Of a stretch of DNA of 57,767 bases, positions 53,840-57,767 are shown piece after piece. Both the position numbers and the translations under genes were made by a program. Below the pieces are notes generated by a model, which had not been told where the DNA came from, made no database searches, and saw only the letters and a list, made by a program, of their open reading frames with translations. Each line of letters opens with the position of its first letter. Positions within the stretch are counted from its first letter, which is position 1. This DNA comes from a virus (lineage: Duplodnaviria > Caudoviricetes), in the IMG/VR virus record IMGVR_UViG_3300030060_004810, positions 1-57,767 of that record; one strand, given 5' to 3'.

Positions 53840-55338
53840 AACGCATAGGCCCTTAAATAGTCGTCCGGTTCGAGGATGTAGAGGTTTTTTAATGTGCGAG
53901 TGACCCCCACATAGAAAACGCGGTGTAGATCATCGCCGCCTTCTTCTATGGCCGCGGCAGTAAGATCAGGCAGGATCACCACGTTCTCTGCTTCGCCGCC
54001 CTTTGTGCCGTGAATCGTGGACAGTCGGATGCGCGGCTTGGCGTTGAACTTCTCGCCGCTCCGCAAGAGAGCCGTTATGTAGGCCCTGTCGGCATCTGGG
54101 ATGCGATCCATAGCCTCATGCCAGATCATTTGGTCAGTGGCCAGTAAGCCGTAATGATCTTGCAGTTGCTTGAGGTCGAACATGTCTTCGTCGTCTGCGG
54201 CTATGTTTTTGTGGCCACGTTTTATCCGTGCACCATTTCCGGTCATGTACCCGTAGATTGCTTGCACTGCACCAAAAGGGATCGCCTTACCTTTCCGCAT
54301 GGTTTCCCAGCCGTTGATGGCCAGTGACATCTTTTCGGGAATAGAGCGTCTGCCTGCCTGTGTTTCAAACAAATAGCCGCCATTTTTAAGCTCTTGCTGG
54401 ATGTCATAAAGCATGTAGCGAGCTTGGGCCATGATGAGCCAACTACCCTCGGACATGTCTATTGTCCTGATATCAGGAACACGAAATATCTGTCCCTGCT
54501 CTTTTTTGGGGCGGTAGACCTTTGGGAAACGATTTTGTATGCGAGAAGCGATTTTCTCTGCTAAAACGTGAATTACTTCGGGAACGCGGTAACTTTGCTC
54601 TAAAACTTCGGCATCACCGGACAAGTTGATGAAATGGTCAACGTCCGCCCCAGCCCAGCGATAAATAGCCTGATCGTCGTCGCCTGCCACGTACATCCGC
54701 TCAGACTTTTCATCCAGCTTATGAGCAATGTCCCACTGCAAGGGCGACAGGTCTTGCGCTTCATCCAGAAAGCATATCTTCAGCGGGGGCATCAAATGAT
54801 CAGCTTCCTTGGCAAAACGCATGATCAAGTCTGTAAAGTCCATTAGGCCAAAGGTGCTTTTGTAGTTGGCGTAAGAGTCCGCAACATACTTCACTTCCAT
54901 CCACGTGAAGTTGACGTTGGAGTGGTTGTACTCATGCTCCAGCGCGGTTTTCTTGGTCTTTGACAGGTTGATGAGTTGCAAGATGGGGTGATCTGTAGCC
55001 TTAAACGACACATCTTCGTCATCGCTGGCCGAGCTATTTAGGTTAAAACCTATGGCTTGGGACAACTCTTTGTAATTCTGCGAACCCATCAACTCAGTCT
55101 CTTTGACGCCCATCAGCCGATATGCGAGAGAATGGATGGTGCGAAAATACGGCAGGTCCTTGTCAGGGTCCAAGTCAAACCGCTTGGCGGCGCGTTCTTT
55201 GGCCTCTGTCGCCGCCTTACGGGTAAACGCAAAGAAGCCTACCTGTGAGGGCGGGATGCCTTTGTCGAGGGTTTGTTCCACCATGTTCAGCAACGTAGTG
55301 GTCTTGCCGGTGCCGGGCGGCCCGAATATCCGGAACAT
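53836..55338 (-). CDS. UvrD/Rep-like SF1 helicase
   Basis: GPPGTGKT, DEAQD, GDDDQAIY, QSYR, STIHGTKGGE and YVGVTR motifs. Confidence 0.92.
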   Translation of the reverse strand: MFRIFGPPGTGKTTTLLNMVEQTLDKGIPPSQVGFFAFTRKAATEAKERAAKRFDLDPDKDLPYFRTIHSLAYRLMGVKETELMGSQNYKELSQAIGFNLNSSASDDEDVSFKATDHPILQLINLSKTKKTALEHEYNHSNVNFTWMEVKYVADSYANYKSTFGLMDFTDLIMRFAKEADHLMPPLKICFLDEAQDLSPLQWDIAHKLDEKSERMYVAGDDDQAIYRWAGADVDHFINLSGDAEVLEQSYRVPEVIHVLAEKIASRIQNRFPKVYRPKKEQGQIFRVPDIRTIDMSEGSWLIMAQARYMLYDIQQELKNGGYLFETQAGRRSIPEKMSLAINGWETMRKGKAIPFGAVQAIYGYMTGNGARIKRGHKNIAADDEDMFDLKQLQDHYGLLATDQMIWHEAMDRIPDADRAYITALLRSGEKFNAKPRIRLSTIHGTKGGEAENVVILPDLTAAAIEEGGDDLHRVFYVGVTRTLKNLYILEPDDYLRAYAL

Positions 55339-56876
55339 TAGAACGGGTCCGGGGTCCGTGGTTCAAAGCTTTTGGACTCTGGTCCTCCGGTAGGAGTCTC
55401 CGGTAAAGGTACGCGCCACACACGTATGGCTTTGCCCTTAATTTTTAACTGCACAGCCTCGCCATTGATGTCCCGTAGACGCTGGGCCACTTTATGGGTC
55501 TTAAACTCACTGAAGCGGTTTTTACGCAGAAATCCCTCAAAGTCTTTGAGCCTGAAATGAACAGCCTCGCCCTCTTCGTCCACCCATGGACGGCGAAGCA
55601 AAATTTCTTCCTTGTCTTCGGCTTTTTGTGTAGAAGTGCAGAACTCGTCCAAAAACTCGTAAAACTGTCCATTAATGCTGGCGTCCTCGCTCACCTCCAT
55701 AATTGCGCCGTCTGTCTCAGCCATTTCTTTCATAAGCTGGTTGATGCGGCCCTCCCACCCGCGGCGGGGCATGGTCTGAGGCATAAAATTAAGCTGTTCG
55801 ATACAGGCTTTCTGAAAGACGGTCTGGTTCTGAAGCGCGTCCGTGTCCAGTTCCAGCGGTACACCGTTCACGTCTAGGAACCATACGGGCGGGATGGAGT
55901 TGTATTTGCGTAAGTTTGCTACGGCCATGTCGCTGATAGCGGCTCCAATGCCAAACTTGCGGGTCTGGCATAGCTCACGGTTGCAGTACGGTTGGATCGG
56001 CGGCTCGTTGCACCGGTAGGCGTAGTCCTTTTTTTCCAACTGTTTGACCACGATATTGACCTCATTCAGAGGCAACGGCGGGTCGATGTAACTCATGTTG
56101 TGGTGGAGGATTTCGTCCTGCCACGTATCTGCGTAGGCTTTACGTAAGTAAACACCTATCGAAAAGAGTCCGTTGTTTCGGCCTCCTTCACTAATTTTCT
56201 GGGAGCATAGGGTTTGGAGACAGGGCGGACCGTCCACAATCGCTGTTCCTTCGACGGTAGCCTGCGTGAGTGCTTGTAGTTGCTCTGGTGTTTGGACGTG
56301 TGCCGCATGAAGCCCGAAAAACTCCTGCAATGTCGCGGCGGACCCATCATCGTTGAAAGCGTAGCGTAGCCCCTCTTCCGCATTGAAATACGGCATATTG
56401 AGGAAGTTACCGATATCGCCTCGGTCTAGGAAAAGTTTGATTTGCTTCGGAAATATTTCGCTACCGCCGTAGCCCAGCCCACTAGCTAGATGCTGAAGTG
56501 TGGACTGCATGATCTTGGCGGCCACCCAATCGGTGCTGAAGATGAAGCAGTGTGCGCCTCCGCTTTTGGACCGACAGACTACCAGAGGAAGCTTGGCGTG
56601 ACGAATCCGCTCCACCAACTTTGCATGGTCTAGTGGGTATTCATCAATATCGATGCAACCCCAAATGCACTTGTCGTCTTCATTAATCGGGATGATCCCG
56701 ATCCCTGCCCCTTCTCCAGCCAGATGTTGCTGGAAATGCTCCGTGGTGCGTGGCTCGCGAATAACTCGCGCTTTACCTTGTGATTTGCCATTAGAGCTTG
56801 TTCTGTCGATTTCAAACGTGCCGTAGGCTTGTTTGAGGCCATCAAATATGACCGAGAAACGATCTGCATCAGACAT
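55338..56876 (-). CDS. AEP-type primase (prim-pol) with PriCT-like domain
   Basis: CIDID, SKSGGAH, PPCL and GGRNN motifs and a Cys cluster. Confidence 0.8.
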   Translation of the reverse strand: MSDADRFSVIFDGLKQAYGTFEIDRTSSNGKSQGKARVIREPRTTEHFQQHLAGEGAGIGIIPINEDDKCIWGCIDIDEYPLDHAKLVERIRHAKLPLVVCRSKSGGAHCFIFSTDWVAAKIMQSTLQHLASGLGYGGSEIFPKQIKLFLDRGDIGNFLNMPYFNAEEGLRYAFNDDGSAATLQEFFGLHAAHVQTPEQLQALTQATVEGTAIVDGPPCLQTLCSQKISEGGRNNGLFSIGVYLRKAYADTWQDEILHHNMSYIDPPLPLNEVNIVVKQLEKKDYAYRCNEPPIQPYCNRELCQTRKFGIGAAISDMAVANLRKYNSIPPVWFLDVNGVPLELDTDALQNQTVFQKACIEQLNFMPQTMPRRGWEGRINQLMKEMAETDGAIMEVSEDASINGQFYEFLDEFCTSTQKAEDKEEILLRRPWVDEEGEAVHFRLKDFEGFLRKNRFSEFKTHKVAQRLRDINGEAVQLKIKGKAIRVWRVPLPETPTGGPESKSFEPRTPDPF

Positions 56877-56888
56877 TTTTTATTCGCC

Positions 56889-56911
56889 AAAGTAAGGGGG
56901 CCGAAGCCCCC
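56889..56911 (-). terminator. Putative terminator/attenuator after SSB-like gene
   Basis: GGGGGC-UUCG-GCCCCC-UUACUUU. Confidence 0.7.
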
Positions 56912-56918
56912 GTTTTCC

Positions 56919-57698
56919 TTAAAAGGGTGCGTCTTCTCCTGCACCCGCGCCATCGTCGGTGTGTTTGACTTCAACCTCACCGCGCAGAATGGATTCGGAA
57001 AACTCTTTGGCTTGCATGTAGTGTGCGCCGTCTTCGACAACACCTTCCAAGCTGATGTCCCAGCCATGCCAGCTACCCTTGCTGTTCTCTTCAGAGACAG
57101 TTTTGAGCAGATAAATGTGGCTGAAACGGGGTGGTGTGAACGGCCCGTTTTTGCCCACTAAAGTGCGTTGGGCAATCGTGGAGTTCCACCTACGGCTTTT
57201 CTTCAACTGCGTAGATTTCATCGGTATCAAGGCAGTCGTAGTCGTGCCGTCCTCTTCAAGAATGACGACGAAGTGCTGGTGCGTCTCCTCGAGGTACGTG
57301 CCGTTACCGCCGACAACATAGTCTTTATTGTCGTTCGGGTCCCGCTCAACTTTCGGCAAAGTGTCCTCCGGCGTATAGATGTTTACAGGAGCGCCACTGC
57401 CAGTGCCCCGAGGAGCCCACTCAATAAAGCGCCGCTGATAAGCTGAAGGTATGACACGAATACCTGTCTTACCAGAATAGACCGTATTCGATACGGTATT
57501 GAGGATATCGCCTGCCTTCGCGTCGTCCAGATCATCCAGCACTGGGTCCTGACGGCTGAGAAGCTTGAGGAAAGGTAACGCCAGATCGTCCTGACCCAAA
57601 TTTTCAAGGCCGAGATTAGCGTCTTGTTCAAAGATGTCCGGGCTAAACGGTACGATTTCATTAGCCTCTTCCTTCTTCACTGCTTTTGATGCACTCAT
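56919..57698 (-). CDS. Putative single-stranded DNA-binding/annealing protein
   Basis: DLALPFLK, MKSTQLKKSR.WN and N.KGSW motifs; acidic C-terminal tail ending PF; upstream of primase. Confidence 0.65.
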   Translation of the reverse strand: MSASKAVKKEEANEIVPFSPDIFEQDANLGLENLGQDDLALPFLKLLSRQDPVLDDLDDAKAGDILNTVSNTVYSGKTGIRVIPSAYQRRFIEWAPRGTGSGAPVNIYTPEDTLPKVERDPNDNKDYVVGGNGTYLEETHQHFVVILEEDGTTTTALIPMKSTQLKKSRRWNSTIAQRTLVGKNGPFTPPRFSHIYLLKTVSEENSKGSWHGWDISLEGVVEDGAHYMQAKEFSESILRGEVEVKHTDDGAGAGEDAPF

Positions 57699-57766
57699 GA
57701 TTTGCTCCTTGCAATCTTGGCCCGTTGGCCTGTGTACGCGCCGAAAAGGTCCATGGGGAAAGAGTC
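57669..57766. repeat. Terminal direct repeat (circular assembly overlap), copy 2
   Basis: Identical to 1-98; only the final base 57767 differs from position 99. Confidence 0.95.
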
Positions 57767-57767
57767 A

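Noticed and set aside
2704-57446. Numerous plus-strand ORFs in the ORF track
   Set aside because: They are antisense shadows of well-supported minus-strand genes and lack RBSs and recognisable motifs.
1-57767. tRNA genes, integrase, RNA polymerase and metabolic auxiliary genes
   Set aside because: I found no T-loop/cloverleaf pattern or matching catalytic motifs by eye. tRNAscan-SE and HMM searches are needed to exclude them fully.

Overview
The window is an apparently complete, circularly assembled dsDNA tailed-phage genome of about 57,668 bp; bases 1-98 recur exactly at 57669-57766. Gene content and the major capsid protein resemble marine HTVC023P-/vSAG 37-F6-/CRP-901-type podoviruses (recognised from memory, not by search). 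All genes except one SNF2-type helicase lie on the minus strand. The modules are replication (SSB-like protein, primase, UvrD-like helicase, Leu762-type PolA), small terminase, an array of small early genes, large terminase, portal, lysis, GroES, head, tail/fibres and large internal virion proteins. I saw no integrase, RNA polymerase, ParA/ParB, tRNA or CRISPR array. The most unusual signals are non-coding. (1) Three consensus bacterial chromosomal parS sites occur in a genome with no recognisable parB. (2) An early array of mini-operons is separated by a repeated terminator/promoter/5'-hairpin/TTTGGAGA cassette. (3) A structured, terminator-ended RNA near 50.7 kb has a loop antisense to that shared ribosome-binding sequence. 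(4) A separately promoted, highly base-paired ~197-nt RNA lies at 49.2-49.4 kb. (5) An inverted-repeat/iteron locus sits next to terS. All product names come from motif recognition by eye; no database searches or folding programs were run.
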